From positions 2,170,001-2,234,000 of the forward strand of contig CM007989.1 of the NCBI GenBank assembly GCA_002189035.1: a stretch of 64,000 nt of DNA. Direction: 5' to 3'. Source of the stretch: Utricularia gibba (Eukaryota > Plantae > Magnoliophyta). Every line of letters starts with the position of its first letter. Within the stretch, counting starts at the first letter, position 1. A program made the position numbers and the translations under genes. Below, one piece after another: positions 23,778 through 37,405 of the stretch. The notes below the pieces were generated by a model, which saw only the letters and a list, made by a program, of their open reading frames with translations, did not search any database and was not told where the DNA came from.

Positions 23778-26560
23778 ATGTCTGCCTCTCCGGATACTTC
23801 TGTTGATAAGTCTTCTGATTCGTTAGACACTCAGGAAATTAAGTCCAGGGATACAAAGACTCCAGATTCTTCAGAACCCTCCCTTGGTAAATCTGAACCC
23901 GTTGCAACTTCAAAATTTTCTGTTTCTGGCATCTCAAACTGGGCAAAGAACCTCAAGATCACTCAACCCTTCGTGGGGTCCCATGAAGAATCATCATCTG
24001 GGAACTCAGCCAAGTCACCTCTTTCACGTTTTACTGGCGGGTTTGGTTTGCTGTCTCCCAAATCTTCTTCTCAATTAGAGGAGACTTCATCCGGTCCATT
24101 GTCTCCCTCACAGCCTGGTTTATTTGGAACCATAACTAAAGGATTGGTTGACACGTCTAAGAACGCAGTGAAGGCTGTGCAAGTTAAAGCTCGTCATGCT
24201 GTTTCCCAAAACAAGAGAAGATATCAGGTACCTTGCTTGCTTTTCTGCTATTTATTTTAGTCATGTCTTGGACTTTTTGATGCGGAGTTTTTCCTTGAAT
24301 TTTCATCTTATAATTATTTGTTATAGGAAGGAGGATTTGATTTAGACATGACTTACATCACCGAGAATATTATTGCCATGGGCTTCCCTTCAGGTGATAT
24401 GAGCTCTGGTCTGTTGGGCTATGTTGAGGTAGTTAGCCCTGCATTATCCATTTGAAGGTTTCCTATGTTCATTCTATAGTTTTCTAGTTTAATTTTGGTG
24501 CTGTATCAGGGACTTTATCGGAACCACATGGAAGAAGTTATCAGATTCTTTGAAACCTATCACAAGGTAATGAAGTGTCTCTCTGAACTTTCTTCCATTT
24601 CAAGCACACGTTGTTTTGAACTTTGTTGCACCTGAATCATGTAGGGAAGATACAAAGTTTACAATCTCTGTTCTGAACGGTTGTATGACGCGTCTCTATT
24701 TGAGGGGAAGGTACTAATCTTGTAGATTTGTAATGTTATGTGGATCAGAGGCTGTTTGTTTTTTTTCTTTTTTTGTGTTGAAAATGTGCTCTGGTTATCG
24801 TTTGAGATTCTTTTGGTCTTATTTGTCTACAGGTGGCTAGTTTCCCTTTTGATGACCATAACTGTCCTCCTATTCAGCTCATTATTTCATTCTGCCAAAG
24901 TGCATATTCATGGTTGAAGGAAGATATTGAAAATGTCGTAGTAGTACATTGTAAAGCTGGTATGGCAAGGACAGGGTTGATGATTTCTAGTCTTCTTCTG
25001 TATCTTAAGGTAAAAGTAATCCCAGCGTTTTCATTTTTTAAAATTAGTTCTGACTTTTTGATTTGTTTTCTGTGCTTTTAGTTCTTTCCAACTGCTGAAG
25101 AATCAATTGATTTTTACAATCAAAGACGTTGCCTTGATGGAAAGGGACTTGTTCTTCCTAGTCAGATTGTGAGTCTGATCTTTCATGTTTTTGACGCCTT
25201 GTCAAAAAATTCTTGTTCAACGTATCTGTAATTATATGATATTTACTCACAGAGATATGTCAAATACTTTGAACGGATTTTGGCATATTTCAATGGTGAA
25301 AACCAGCCTGGTCGGAGGTACGTAGTCTGATAATTATTTCACATTATTGATATCATTCATCTAGAATTAGGAACTTGCTTTAAAACTAGTACGCATAGTT
25401 TTAGTGTTATCAAAATACATGGGTGGAGTGAGAAGGCAATGTGTTGAAATAAGTGCCTGCTTCATAATTAAAATCCAAATGCAGGGTTCTCCTTAGAGGG
25501 TTTCGGCTGCGCAGATGCCCATACTGGATAAGGCCCTCTATAACTGTCTCGGACCACAATGGTCTCTTATCCCTTCTGCCTCTATTTTCTTTTTGAACAA
25601 CATCTCATTTTGAAAAATGTTCTGTTCAGGTGTTCTCTTCTCAACTAAAAAGCATCCCAGGACCAAGGATTTGTCGGTATGTTTTCCTTGCACATACTGT
25701 CTATTTCTACTCTCTTCGGGTTTTCAAGTTCAGTTTTATTGCAGCCTGAAGATTTTTGGTTTGCTGCACCTAAAAAAGGAATCGTGGTATTTGCACTTCC
25801 TGGAGAGCCCGGTCTCACAGAGTTGGCGGGTGATTTCAAAGTGCATTTTCATGATCGCCAAGGGGACTTTTATTGGTAAGATAATTTACATTTTGAATGA
25901 TTTTGGAGTTTAGTGAATGTTTATGTTTTTATCATAATCTTAATAGCTGGCTAAACACGACTATGATTGAGAACCGAAAAGTGTTGAACACAAGCGACCT
26001 TGATGGGTTCGACAAGGTAAAGAATTTATGTCCTACCATGGGGCTTATAGGACTTCTCTGAATAAGCAGTGGTTTCTCTGCAGAGAAAATTGCCGTCCCC
26101 AGGCTTTCAAGTCGAAGTTGTCCTTGTTGACTACGATCCCTCTGCTGTTTCAGCAAGACCTCCGGCTGGAACAACTACTACTTCGTCAGCGAAAAATAAT
26201 ACAACAGTTTCAGCTCCAGGTCCCAGTCCAGCAGAGGGCAACACAGTAGCCGTCAACGAACAGAGTTCAGGAAAGGAAAAACATGAGTTCTCAGGCAACA
26301 AAGTGGAGAATCTTTCAACAAAATCTGTGCTATCCGAAGTTACTGGGTCCGCAGCAACCGAAGTTGGTGTCCTTCATAGCAAGAATACGATCACAAATCC
26401 AGCAGCAGGCCAAGTTTCATCTGTTCCAAAGGAGACTCTAGATGAAGCTTCAGAAACTGCAAAGGCCAATCCAAGTGGGGAGGTGAGTGAATTCAAGGCA
26501 ATGGCAGCTGACGCATCAATCTTCTCATTTGGAGATGATGAAGATTACGAAAGCGAATGA
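23778..26560 (+). CDS. PTEN2: PTEN2 phosphoinositide phosphatase, multi-exon
   Basis: GISNWAKNLK, VSQNKRRYQ|EGGFDLDMTYITENIIAMGFP, catalytic HCKAGMAR, C2-domain exons and the C-terminus FKAMAADASIFSFGDDEDYESE. Confidence 0.93.
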
Positions 26561-26800
26561 ACTGCAAGTCTTTCGTCGTCGAATCATGTAAAAAGCGTAT
26601 CCTTGTGAATATGTTGTTCTTTACCTTCATGGTGGTGACCGGGATCATTGGTCTGCATTCGCTGCTCTACTGTTAGAGCAACATGCAAGGGGAGGTGGTC
26701 TCAAAGACGTGAAAAAGCACTTTATATTCACTTTATGTTCAGAAAGAACCCCATGATCAACAGGTACATAGCGTGCATCACACAATGCATATGATGCATT

Positions 26801-28228
26801 TCATTCGTTTATAAGAATGCATCTGATGGGTGAGCCCTCGGCACCAAGCAGCCTCAAGGGCAAGCAATGGACGGAATATATTCCTGGCTGGACGCCGTCG
26901 AGTTTGAGGCCTTCTACAAGGATGATATCCTGGCAGCAAACACAATGCTTAGAAACTGTCCACAAGGTTTTGCCCTCAGATTCATTGACCGACAAGATGA
27001 AAGGGAGAGAACTCTTACCCTGCCTTCAAGGAAAACAAGGTGGGATGGAATTAAATCATCGTATGCAGCAACAGACAAGTAATCGATTCCTGCAAGACAA
27101 GGAAAAACATCAGGAACTTCGCATTTTCAGTTCATCTGCAGCTCAAGATATGAATGGTTGTGAACCTTACCAACAAGTTTGATGTCGGTATTATCCCTAA
27201 GCCACTGTGCCCCATCCTTCATGAATCCAACATAACTTGTATCGAACTGCTTAATGTGCATCAGACGCCTGAAAGAGAATACCTTTATATACAATATTTC
27301 CTTCCCAATTCGAAGCCCACATTTAGCTACAGAAACATAAGCCACTCAAAGATTTCCTCTTCATGGCTGACTTAGCGCACCTCTGCAATTACCTTCTTAC
27401 AAGTTATTGATTAGGGTGGGGGAAAAGGGCATGTGAGCTTCCTTATTTCAATGTACTTTCACTTAGCTACGGAAACCGAGGAACTACCCTCGTCATGATT
27501 TCAGACGTGTGGTTACCTATCCGTGTTTAGCGTTCTGAAAAGCACTCTTTTCACGCCCTTGGGAATTTGTAGAGACTTCATAACATCAGCTGAAAGCAAT
27601 AGGAGAAGGATGAATCACAAGCTCATCTATAAGAAATGCCAAGCTGCAAAAAGGAGTTAAGAGGTATCCCAAATGCAGACCTGTTATGTTTTTGTCTCGG
27701 GGTACATCCACGAGCAATGCACGTCCTGCTTGAAATCAAGAATTACCAAGAAGATATGAAATAATCAAGAGGAGGACAATTACTCATACTGTTGATACCA
27801 TTCAGAACATCAAGGTCAAGCGTATCGACATCGAACCCAGCATCGAAGTAATGATCGAAGACGTGCCCAGGCGCATCGACGTGGGTTCCAGTGTGAGTAG
27901 GAAGCTTCATCTCAGAGTTGTTAGCCAGCGATCCGTTCTTCATGCTATGCGGAAGCCAGAGGAAGCGACCAACTCCATCCGACGAACCCCACGAAGGCAT
28001 ATCTGGATGATAACGATGGCTGATGTCAATGATTCTTCCGCCGCCGTATACCTCTCGCCGTACCGGTAACACTTCATCACTCGACGCATAACAAGAGGAT
28101 GCCTCCGGAAGATCCAGGCCGTACGGCGGCGGATATGCTGCGTCGGAGTCTGAGAAAACCAGTGGAGCCACCACTCCCAGAAGCAGGAACTGTATGCAAG
28201 GAAGACGGAGCTTTTTCGACATCACCAT
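26801..28228 (-). CDS. Cyclase-like protein (kynurenine formamidase family) with a signal peptide
   Basis: [11 protein letters not shown] metal motif, [51 protein letters not shown] across GT-AG introns. Confidence 0.92.
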
Positions 28229-28568
28229 CGTCGAAGAATGGAGAGGTCCATGCCGCACCTGTCAGAAACTTTCTTAAATTTTCTGATACGTCCTTACATT
28301 TTCTTTTCTATTCAATATCACCCCCAGCAAATTTTTGTTTCTGAAAATTTTCTTTTTGCAGCTTTTCTTTCCAATGATAAGACTCCACGTGGCACCATTT
28401 TTCTGTAAAATACCTTTAACAGAATTATGATATTTTATCACAAAATACATTTTTTAATCAATATCTTGTTAATACATTAAAAATAAAAGTTTTTTATTTT
28501 ATAATTTCCAACTGAATTACAAAACTCAGAAAAAAAAGGTTCTTTTCGCCGAGTCCTGGGTTCTCACC

Positions 28569-29726
28569 ATGCCTCCCGGTGCTCTCTGTATCGTCGCCTT
28601 CTTCTTCCTTCTCTGCACCCTTCATCTCCCGATCACCTCCGCCGCCGCTTTGCCGTCGGATGTTCGCGCTCTCCGTGCCTTCAAATTTGCGATCAAACCG
28701 TCATCGATCCCGGCGGCGTCCTGCCTCGCCACCTGGAACTTCTCGACTGACCCATGCGCCGTCCCTAGGACCACCGCGTTCACCTGCGGTGTTGTCTGCT
28801 CCACCGGTGGCGTCGTTCAGCTCACCCTCGATTCTCAGGGATACTCCGGCGAGCTTACTCCGTTGATCTCCGAGGTCACTCAACTCGTTGCCCTGGACAT
28901 CAGCAACAACAATTTCCACGGCTCGATTCCGTCTACTCTTTCTCTACTTCCCAATCTAAGAACCTTAATTCTCACTGGAAACTCATTCTCCGGTTCGATT
29001 CCGCCGTCGATCGCAACCATAAGATCGCTCGATTCTCTTGATCTGTCACGCAACTCTCTGAATAGCAACGTCCCGGAAATGGAATCACTCACAGGATTAA
29101 CAAGATTGGATTTAAGCTACAACAATCTAAGCGGCCAACTTCCGAAACTTCCCCTGAATCTCGAAGAACTCGCTCTCAAATCCAATTCACTCTCGGCGCC
29201 GCTGCTGAAATCCTCATTGAATGGGCTAATTCATCTCATGGTTTTGGAACTCAGCGACAACAATTTCACAGGGAGATTGGACTCCTGGCTCTTCCTCCTC
29301 CCTTCTCTACAGCAACTTGATTTAGCCAGAAACTCCTTCAATTCAATCGCCGTCGCGTCGCCGCCGCCCAATTCCAACTCCCAGTTGGTGGCAGTGGATC
29401 TGGGGTACAACAAAATCAAGGGGCTCTTACCGGAGAATTTCGCGGAGTACCCAATGATGAGATCTCTGGCTTTACGATACAACTTTTTTCGTGGCCCAAT
29501 TCCGAGAAAGTACGGGAAAAAGGCCACCCCATTCAAGAGATTGTACCTTGACGGGAATTACCTGAATGGTTCGCCGCCGGCAGAGTTCTTCAACGGCGAG
29601 GCAGCAGTCGCCGGCAGCCTTGGGGACAACTGCCTCCGGGAGTGCCCCTTGTCATCGGAGCTCTGCTTGAAGCCTCAGAAACCGGTCAAAATGTGCCAGC
29701 AGGCATATGGTGGGGCACAATATTGA
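28569..29726 (+). CDS. Secreted leucine-rich repeat protein (LRRNT plus plant LRRs, no TM or kinase domain); single exon
   Basis: 385-aa ORF with a signal peptide, SCLATWNFSTDPC cap, LxxLDLSxN repeats and a C-terminal Cys cap. Resembles At2g15320 (recalled). Confidence 0.9.
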   Translation: MPPGALCIVAFFFLLCTLHLPITSAAALPSDVRALRAFKFAIKPSSIPAASCLATWNFSTDPCAVPRTTAFTCGVVCSTGGVVQLTLDSQGYSGELTPLISEVTQLVALDISNNNFHGSIPSTLSLLPNLRTLILTGNSFSGSIPPSIATIRSLDSLDLSRNSLNSNVPEMESLTGLTRLDLSYNNLSGQLPKLPLNLEELALKSNSLSAPLLKSSLNGLIHLMVLELSDNNFTGRLDSWLFLLPSLQQLDLARNSFNSIAVASPPPNSNSQLVAVDLGYNKIKGLLPENFAEYPMMRSLALRYNFFRGPIPRKYGKKATPFKRLYLDGNYLNGSPPAEFFNGEAAVAGSLGDNCLRECPLSSELCLKPQKPVKMCQQAYGGAQY

Positions 29727-30116
29727 TTTTTAGTGCTGTCGGTGCCCATCTCCGGGGATTCACCCATGTGCTGCACTTGATGTAGTCTATCTTTCACACA
29801 GGGTGAGCAAAAACCCAATTCATCAAGAATTTTGAGGGTGTTACAGAATTTGTTCACACAACGAAGCAATTAGTTCACGCAGATGAAGATACTGCACCTG
29901 CAACTGCGCACCTGGACCACATGGAGATGAGCATCCAGGGCTCTTCTTACTCCCTTCAGCATCATGGGATGGCTCACATGATGGCAATTTGGATAACCAA
30001 ACATACAGCAGACTAAGTGTCATTTAGCGCATTGCAAGTCCCGGTGCGACAATGCGTCATGGCTGGACTGAAAGGCTGATCAAGGGGAAGGTCTTATCTC
30101 ATGAATGTCTTGATAC

Positions 30117-31829
30117 TTATCCTTTAGGTACAGCTTTCGCGGCCCCAGCCAAGATGGGTACCAATTCCTCGACTCGCTGCTTCTCTTTGTGCATACCTTT
30201 CTGCGTCAGCCGTTCAATGAGAATGTCATATGTGCAAGCCATTGGGACAAATCCCTTGGAAACCGATTCTTCAAACAAGGAACATGCGACTTTTAGTTTC
30301 CCCTTCCGACACAGTCTGTTGATCAGGAGGGAATAAAGTCCAAGGTCAAGACTGACATTATTATCAAACATGTGTCTCAACAGAGACGAAAGCACCTTCA
30401 TTCTTCCCAATCTGCAGCACATTTTCAGTAGCGGAACATAAGTATTGCTATCCGGTTTGTACCCATTTTCTTCCATTTTCTTGAGCAGGCTCAAAGCTTT
30501 CACCTCTTGCGAGTTCTGGGCAGCAATGGAGATAAGTGTGTTGTAAGTCGAAACAACTGGGGAGACGCCCTGCTTTGCCATGTCCTCAAAGACGGTATGA
30601 GAGTCTTTTAGCCTACCAGATTTGCTCAGAGCAAGAATGAAAACATCATAAAATGAAGCATCTGGCAAGCAATTATCTTTTTTCATCTTCTCATACACTC
30701 CCATGGCTTTGTCCATCTCTTTTGCTTTTGCCAAAGCTTTCATCACGATTGTGAAAGTCACTACACTGGGACGACAACCTTTCCTTTCCATTTCCTCAAG
30801 AGTATCACTGGTTTTGCGAAAATCTTTGTCACGGCAGTAGGCCTCGATAAAACATGTGTATGTATATGAAGTGGGCCTAAATCCATGTTTCTTCATCTGA
30901 TCAACAGTCCTTGAAGCCTTATCAAGCTGCCTTGATTTGCACCAGCCATGTACTAGCACATTGTAACTGTCTGAGTTCGGAGGAATGACATCCTTAAATT
31001 CTGAAAGCACACTTTCCGCATTCTCAACACTCCCCTGCTTCACCAATGCATCCATTAGCCTATTCAGGGAAAATATATCCTTTTTCACCCCGAACAGTTC
31101 TATGTTCTTGAATGCCATGATTGCTTCCTCATACTTGCCCGCCTTCGCGAGACGCCTCATGATTATAGTCATTGTGTCCAGAGAGACATATCCTCCCAGA
31201 AATTTCATCTCTTCAACCAGTTCCCACATGACGTCAAACTTCCTAGTCTTCCCCAAATTATCAACCATCAGGTTGCACAATTCGGGAGAATGAACAAAAC
31301 CCTTCCTCAACTGAGCCCACTTGAAAAACCCATATGCTGATATCCACTCAAAACTGTATCTCCGCAGCACTTGCTCTACCAAACAGTGAGAAACATTTGC
31401 ATCACAACTACTCAAGGCGTCCACCACAAGTCTTGGGGATTCAAACTTGTTCATTAAAATCCTAGACACCTTATCAATATCACTCTCAGCAATCTCATGA
31501 TCTCTGCTTTTCGTATCCAGACACTGACCTTGGATCTTGGGATTCCGAATCCAATAAGATACCGAAGGGGGGATGAAGTCATCCGTTTGATCGTTCGAAC
31601 AACTTACCCCACCCGAATCCTGAACCCAATCCGGAATCGCAGCCGACTCCTCAGCGATAGACGGGTTTCTAAACTCGGGGGCGTGGGTGCCTGAGCAAAA
31701 AGTGGCGCGCAGTTGAGGGCTAAATTGATTAACGTGACTACAGAGGCGAGCTCGTGGTTGGGACAAAAGATAACCATTCCTGAAATTTGCAACCATTCTT
31801 CTCCCATAAAGCATGGCCATGGGGAGCAT
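30117..31829 (-). CDS. P-class pentatricopeptide repeat protein, probably mitochondrial; single exon
   Basis: Long uninterrupted ORF with tandem 35-aa motifs (SYNVLVHGWCKSRQLDKA, TYTCFIEAYCR, TFTIVMKALAK). The first true ATG is at 31829; the start could be a nearby downstream ATG. Confidence 0.9.
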   Translation of the reverse strand: MLPMAMLYGRRMVANFRNGYLLSQPRARLCSHVNQFSPQLRATFCSGTHAPEFRNPSIAEESAAIPDWVQDSGGVSCSNDQTDDFIPPSVSYWIRNPKIQGQCLDTKSRDHEIAESDIDKVSRILMNKFESPRLVVDALSSCDANVSHCLVEQVLRRYSFEWISAYGFFKWAQLRKGFVHSPELCNLMVDNLGKTRKFDVMWELVEEMKFLGGYVSLDTMTIIMRRLAKAGKYEEAIMAFKNIELFGVKKDIFSLNRLMDALVKQGSVENAESVLSEFKDVIPPNSDSYNVLVHGWCKSRQLDKASRTVDQMKKHGFRPTSYTYTCFIEAYCRDKDFRKTSDTLEEMERKGCRPSVVTFTIVMKALAKAKEMDKAMGVYEKMKKDNCLPDASFYDVFILALSKSGRLKDSHTVFEDMAKQGVSPVVSTYNTLISIAAQNSQEVKALSLLKKMEENGYKPDSNTYVPLLKMCCRLGRMKVLSSLLRHMFDNNVSLDLGLYSLLINRLCRKGKLKVACSLFEESVSKGFVPMACTYDILIERLTQKGMHKEKQRVEELVPILAGAAKAVPKG

Positions 31830-32489
31830 AGCAATGGCAAATCCGAAGCTGAAAATCAGAACCTGCTGCAGCCAAATCACTATGGAACGAAACTCCAAAA
31901 ACCTAAAAGGAGATAAAATGTGCCGATAAGAATGAAATCACTTGGAATAAACATGAAACTACTACCCTTAAATCATCTGACTCTTCACACACATACTGCT
32001 AACATCTGACAGCAAGCCATTGGGTGAACTGACAGAAGACGAACTCGAACGATGCTAGTAGGAAGAACGAATTTGAAGAACAGAGTGCAGGAGGAGAAAA
32101 ATTGACCAAAGCCCATTGTTTTGGGCCAGAGCATCAAAAGCCCATGAACTTAATTTTTAAGCTATAACTATGAATATTTCAAAATCTTTTTGATAATTTT
32201 GATATAAAATTTTGCTTGTTAAATTAAAAAAATAAATCATATATTTAATTTCAACATGCGAATGTGGTCTATTATTCATCACAACATAAGACAAATGGAT
32301 TTTCACCGGCTCCTCCATCTTCTTCTTTTTAATTATCGTACGCCTTGATTGCTTTTCTCCAGATTCAGTTCCACTCCGGCGATCCATCTCAATACGTTCC
32401 TCAACATAAAAGACAAGAAGGCTCAAGCTACGAGTTTGGTGTTGTTGGAAACTGAATCAGAGAGGCGAAGAGGGAGTCCTGTAGGCAAG

Positions 32490-35400
32490 ATGGAAAGAAG
32501 GCCATGTCTGCTGAAAAAGGCTGCACTGATGTTTATCTTCTCAGTATATCTCTTGGTTTCGACAGCCCTAGCATCGTTGTCTTCAATGTCACAGGATTCT
32601 CGGACACTTAATGTATCTAGAGTAAGTCGTGTACGAACTGGCAGCATTTTCTTGAACAACTGAAAAGATTTTCTGGAACAGTGGATGCCGAGGATTCTTA
32701 AAACTCATGTGTATCCGTGGATAGTTACAGGATTCGTGTTTAGGGTTTTCTTGTATTGTGTTGATGAATGAATGGGGTTATGTACGACTAAGAAAGATTT
32801 GATTTTCTTTCGGATATTGAACTTTTGGTTTTTTTTTGTGTGTGTTTTGACAGGGAAATAGTAGGAAGTTTATAATAGAGAACAACATGTTTTGGAAGGA
32901 TAAGGAGCCATTTAGGATTATTGGAGGAGATTTACATTACTTTAGAGTACATCCTGAGGTACGCTTTTGTTACTTCCCATCATAGATTCATTGGAATCCA
33001 TGTTTTAGAATCGGTTCGAAATATAAGGAAAACGTGTGTGTTACAATTTTTACAAAGTGATACAATGAACCTTGAACTATAATATTGTGATATTGATTAT
33101 AAAATTTTGTTGGTGTTTCGGGATGGGGACACTCCCTATTAGTACTGGGAAGATAGATTGCTGAGAGCTAAGGCCTTGGGCTTGAACACAATTCAAACAT
33201 ATGTACCTTGGAACCTACACGAGCCAAGACAAGGTGATTGGGTGTTTAAGGGGTTTGCGGATATCATTCATTTTCTTAAACTATGCCAGAAGCTGGATTT
33301 GCTGGTGATGCTGCGACCAGGGCCTTATATTTGTGGAGGTCAGCGTAATTTTCATGTACATAAAACGTAATTTTGATCACATTCATGATTTTCGTCCCAC
33401 ATTAAGCATGATGATCCTAAATCAGCCAAGGGCCCTTCCCCAGTTGAGTTCATGGATCTGTGTGTGGTCCTCAAAACAAAAACTGTTTGAGTTACAAATT
33501 CCAATCACCTTTTTGTTGTCACTTTTGATGGTAGAGTGGGATTTTGGTGGCTTTCCCGCGTGGTTGCTCTCCAAAGATCCTCCCATTAGACTCCGGTCTT
33601 CAGACCCTGCCTTTCTTGCCTTGGTAAGCTTTTTAAAATTGCAAGAACCATATACTTCAAGAATGACATGCTTTCTGTTCCGTGGTATATCATACAGGTG
33701 AAGGAGTGGTGGGACATCCTCCTTCCAAAAATACAACCTTTTCTATACAGTAGCGGAGGCCCCATTATAATGGTCCAGGTGTGCCTAAACAACAGCAATA
33801 CATTGAAATGGATAGAAATATAATAATTTTTTATCGACTCTGGGTGGGGAATGCCTGGCAGATTGAGAATGAATTTGGTTCATTTGGGGATGACAAAGGT
33901 TACCTCCATTATTTGGCCATGCTAGCACGAAGGCACCTTGGAAATGATGTGATATTGTAAGTTGAGGGCGCGAAGGTTTCTTTCTTTTTTTTTTTTTTTA
34001 AGTTGATACAAAGCCTGTCTTTTCATATCTAATTGAAAATCTTGTTTCAGGTACACAACTGATGGAGGAACTCGACAAACACTTGAGAAAGGAACCATCC
34101 CCGGTGATGATGTTTTTTCAGGTTTCAGAACCACTACCTATTCGTTATGCATAAGTCCAAATTGGCCTATCTCATTCTTTCCAATATTTCATGTGCCTTT
34201 TGAAGCTGTCGACTTCACAACCGGGGATGATCCATGGCCCATTTTCCAGTTGCAGAAGGAGTTCAATGCACCTGGAAAATCACCACCTCTCTCATCGTCT
34301 GTATATTATTTTATTGCAATGCATCTGCTACTCAGAACATAATACTTTCACAATCTATAGTGAGTTCTACACTGGTTGGCTTACACACTGGGGAGAGAAG
34401 ATTGCTAGTACTGATGCAAACTTCACAGCCAGTTACCTGGAGAAGATTTTGGCAAATAACGGTTCTGCTGTCCTCTATGTATGCATTTATATTTTCTTAT
34501 TGAATATGACTACCTCTGTATTAGATTACTTGTGCTGCCATCTAGATGGCGCATGGTGGCACAAACTTCGGGATGTTTAGTGGTGCTAATACAGGAGATA
34601 ATGAATCAGACTACAAACCTGATCTTACATCTTATGACTATGTGAGTGCGGTTACATAATAATGATGACTCCTCAGATGTGCAACATTTATAAACTGATC
34701 TTATTCAATTCTGCTTCCTTATTGTTCTGCAATTTCTCTCTAGGATGCACCAATTCGAGAATCTGGTGATGTTCACAATGAAAAGTACAAAGGTGGACCC
34801 ATCAGACCTTAGATGCTTCATAGGCAATACTGAAGTTTTTCTTGATTTCGTTTCAGTTAAATAATTTGCTTTCAGCCATTCGGAAGATAATCAGCAAGTA
34901 TTCTGGAGAGTCCCTTGTTCCCATTCCACATGATAATGAAAAGATATCATATGGGAAGATTAAGCTTGAAAAAAGATCATTTTTATTTGATCTGATCAGC
35001 AACTCTGAGGGTCAAGTTTTTCACTCAGAAAATCCAGTCCCCATGGAACTCATGGGACAGGTAAGAAAAATGGAAGAGTTTCAAAGCTTATGCTTTGTTT
35101 AAAGCTCTTGAGGGTTTTTCTCTTTTCATGACTCCTGAATCCCGTGAGACTTTTAAGCAATTCCAATTTTTTCTTTTTTTTAAGGCAATGTGATTTTAAT
35201 TTCTATGATTTTCAATTCCATTTCTCAGATGTTTGGCTTTGTGCTGTACTCCTCTAAGTACTCTCAAACGAGCAACGGGAGTACACTGTATGTGCCGAAG
35301 GTCAGCTGCTTGCATCTGCATTAAACCTAATATATCTTCTTCCTGCTGTCTAATTTCCCAGATAATTATTCGTTTTAGGTTCATGATAGAGCCCAAGTGT

Positions 35401-36685
35401 TTGTTTCTTGTCCAGAGTATCGTGAGAGAAGACCTATATATGTTGCTACCATAACTCGGTGGTCTAATGTGCCTATTGATTTACCTTACTTTGAATGTCA
35501 ATCAGTGCATAAAATACTGATCTTGGTATGTTTTACTCTTCTTTGTGGGTAACAATCACTCATTTCCAATGTTCCAACACTGAGATACTATTGACATAAC
35601 CATCAATGCTGCAGGTTGAAAATATGGGCCGCTTGAATTATGGCCGTTACATTTTTGATAGGAAGGTAATGTGGTTATCCATCTTCTAGTTTTTTAAACT
35701 GACGCTGTGGTTGATATCTTGTGCTCATTGACTTATATTCTTGCTATTTGTGTTGCGTTCAAGAAAATCACTGGTTATAGTTAAATGTTGATGAGAGAGC
35801 CTTTAGCATCATTATAGTAGCATTTACACTCAACGTTTCAGGGTATCTTGTCTCCAGTTTTTTTAGATGGAAGGCCGCTGCACAACTGGGAAATGCATCC
35901 TATTTCATTTCAAAATATAAATGAGGCTCCAAAGTTCAACTCTTTCATCAGACTCAAAGGCCAGACAATTTTCTCTCAAGGTTTCGTGTATAGGAACTGA
36001 ACATGAAAACAATCTGAAGAGCAGACATGATTGTTTGATTTTGTTTGAAAATCGAAGATTTCCATGACTCTTCTATCCTTGCAGATATTAAGTTGGAGCC
36101 AGCTTTTTATTCGGGTATCTTTCATGTTGAAGAACCTAGAGACACATACTTATCCTTTAAAGGCTGGAGCAAAGGAATTGCATTTGTAAATAACATTACC
36201 CTCGGGCGTTTTTGGCCGGTGAGAATACTTTTTTTTCCCTGGTTTTACTATTTGTTTTGTGGACATCGTTTTCCATTTTAGATATATTACAGCCTCTCTA
36301 GATTTTGATGCTGCTTTAGTTTAAAATACAAGGATTATGGGTAACCTTCAGTTTTTTTCAGTCAGCTGGACCTCAATGCAATCTCTACGTTCCTGCTCCC
36401 TTCCTCCAACAAGGAGACAACACTTTGGTAAGACAAATTTTTTCTCCGTTGAAAAAAATAACTTATGGAACACTTGTTGCTAAGGCAATGCACATCTGCA
36501 AATCTGCTGCTCACAGAAAACATAGCCGTCTTGCTTGACGTACCTATCTGCACATTCAGGTTATTCTGGAGCTAGAGTACCCAAATTCTAATCTCACTGT
36601 CAGCTCACTTGATCATCATGGCTTCACCTGCGGCCCAACAAGTTTAAAGCCTACCGAATCCGTACGTCGTCTCAGGACTTCCTGA
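32490..36685 (+). CDS. BGAL17: Beta-galactosidase 17 (GH35, GLB1-like), many exons
   Basis: [14 protein letters not shown]|[24 protein letters not shown]|[34 protein letters not shown]|[13 protein letters not shown]; stop at 36683-36685. Confidence 0.92.
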
Positions 36686-37405
36686 TGAATTTTGTGAGGG
36701 TCTTCTATCTCGGCGGTGGGAAGGAATAAGGAACCGTAATGGGGAATCGTGTGAGCATGACCCAAATAGCTTAGACATGAACAACATTCATCATTTGTTG
36801 ATAGAATGATTAGCATGCCAAGAGGCCAGACATAAAAGGCCTTTAACCATTTGTCTACTTTTGATTGGCTCGGATCTGGGCTTTCCTGCTTTCATATTTC
36901 CCATCGTGCATCTGGTGGAAAGTTGCTCTTTTGGGCCTCTCTGCCGGTAGGTCGCTTTCTGAATGAGTTTATTAGTGTTTCTAGAAGTACTGGCATGGTT
37001 TCATTCTCGGGGATTCAGTTCAGTGCTACTGATCGGAGGCTCTCATTGCCGAACTACACATTTGAATTCTCATGGATTCCGCCCAACGGGGACTGATGAA
37101 ACAACCCACGTGGCGTCAAGTACTGATACACAGGAATTCCATCTTTCATAGTGCTACCGGATTCTGTATAAGCACAGGATTCATTGACAGATTTCGGTAA
37201 GTGTAGCTGTGCGGCATCTCAATCAGTCCTTGTGATGGCTAATGGTTTCCTTCGAATGCAGATAATAATGCTGGTGGTCGTCGTTGGATGAGGTTGTTGA
37301 TCGTTGTGCAATGCAAATGCGTCATAAAAAGGTTTTGTTTTTGGAGTACAAAGCAGCCATGGCCATGGAGGCATTATAGTAAGTGCGATAAGTCCAAATC
37401 ACAAC

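Noticed and set aside
36851-37151. Overlapping short plus-strand ORFs after BGAL17
   Set aside because: No recognisable family; they lie in the zone of convergent 3' UTRs.
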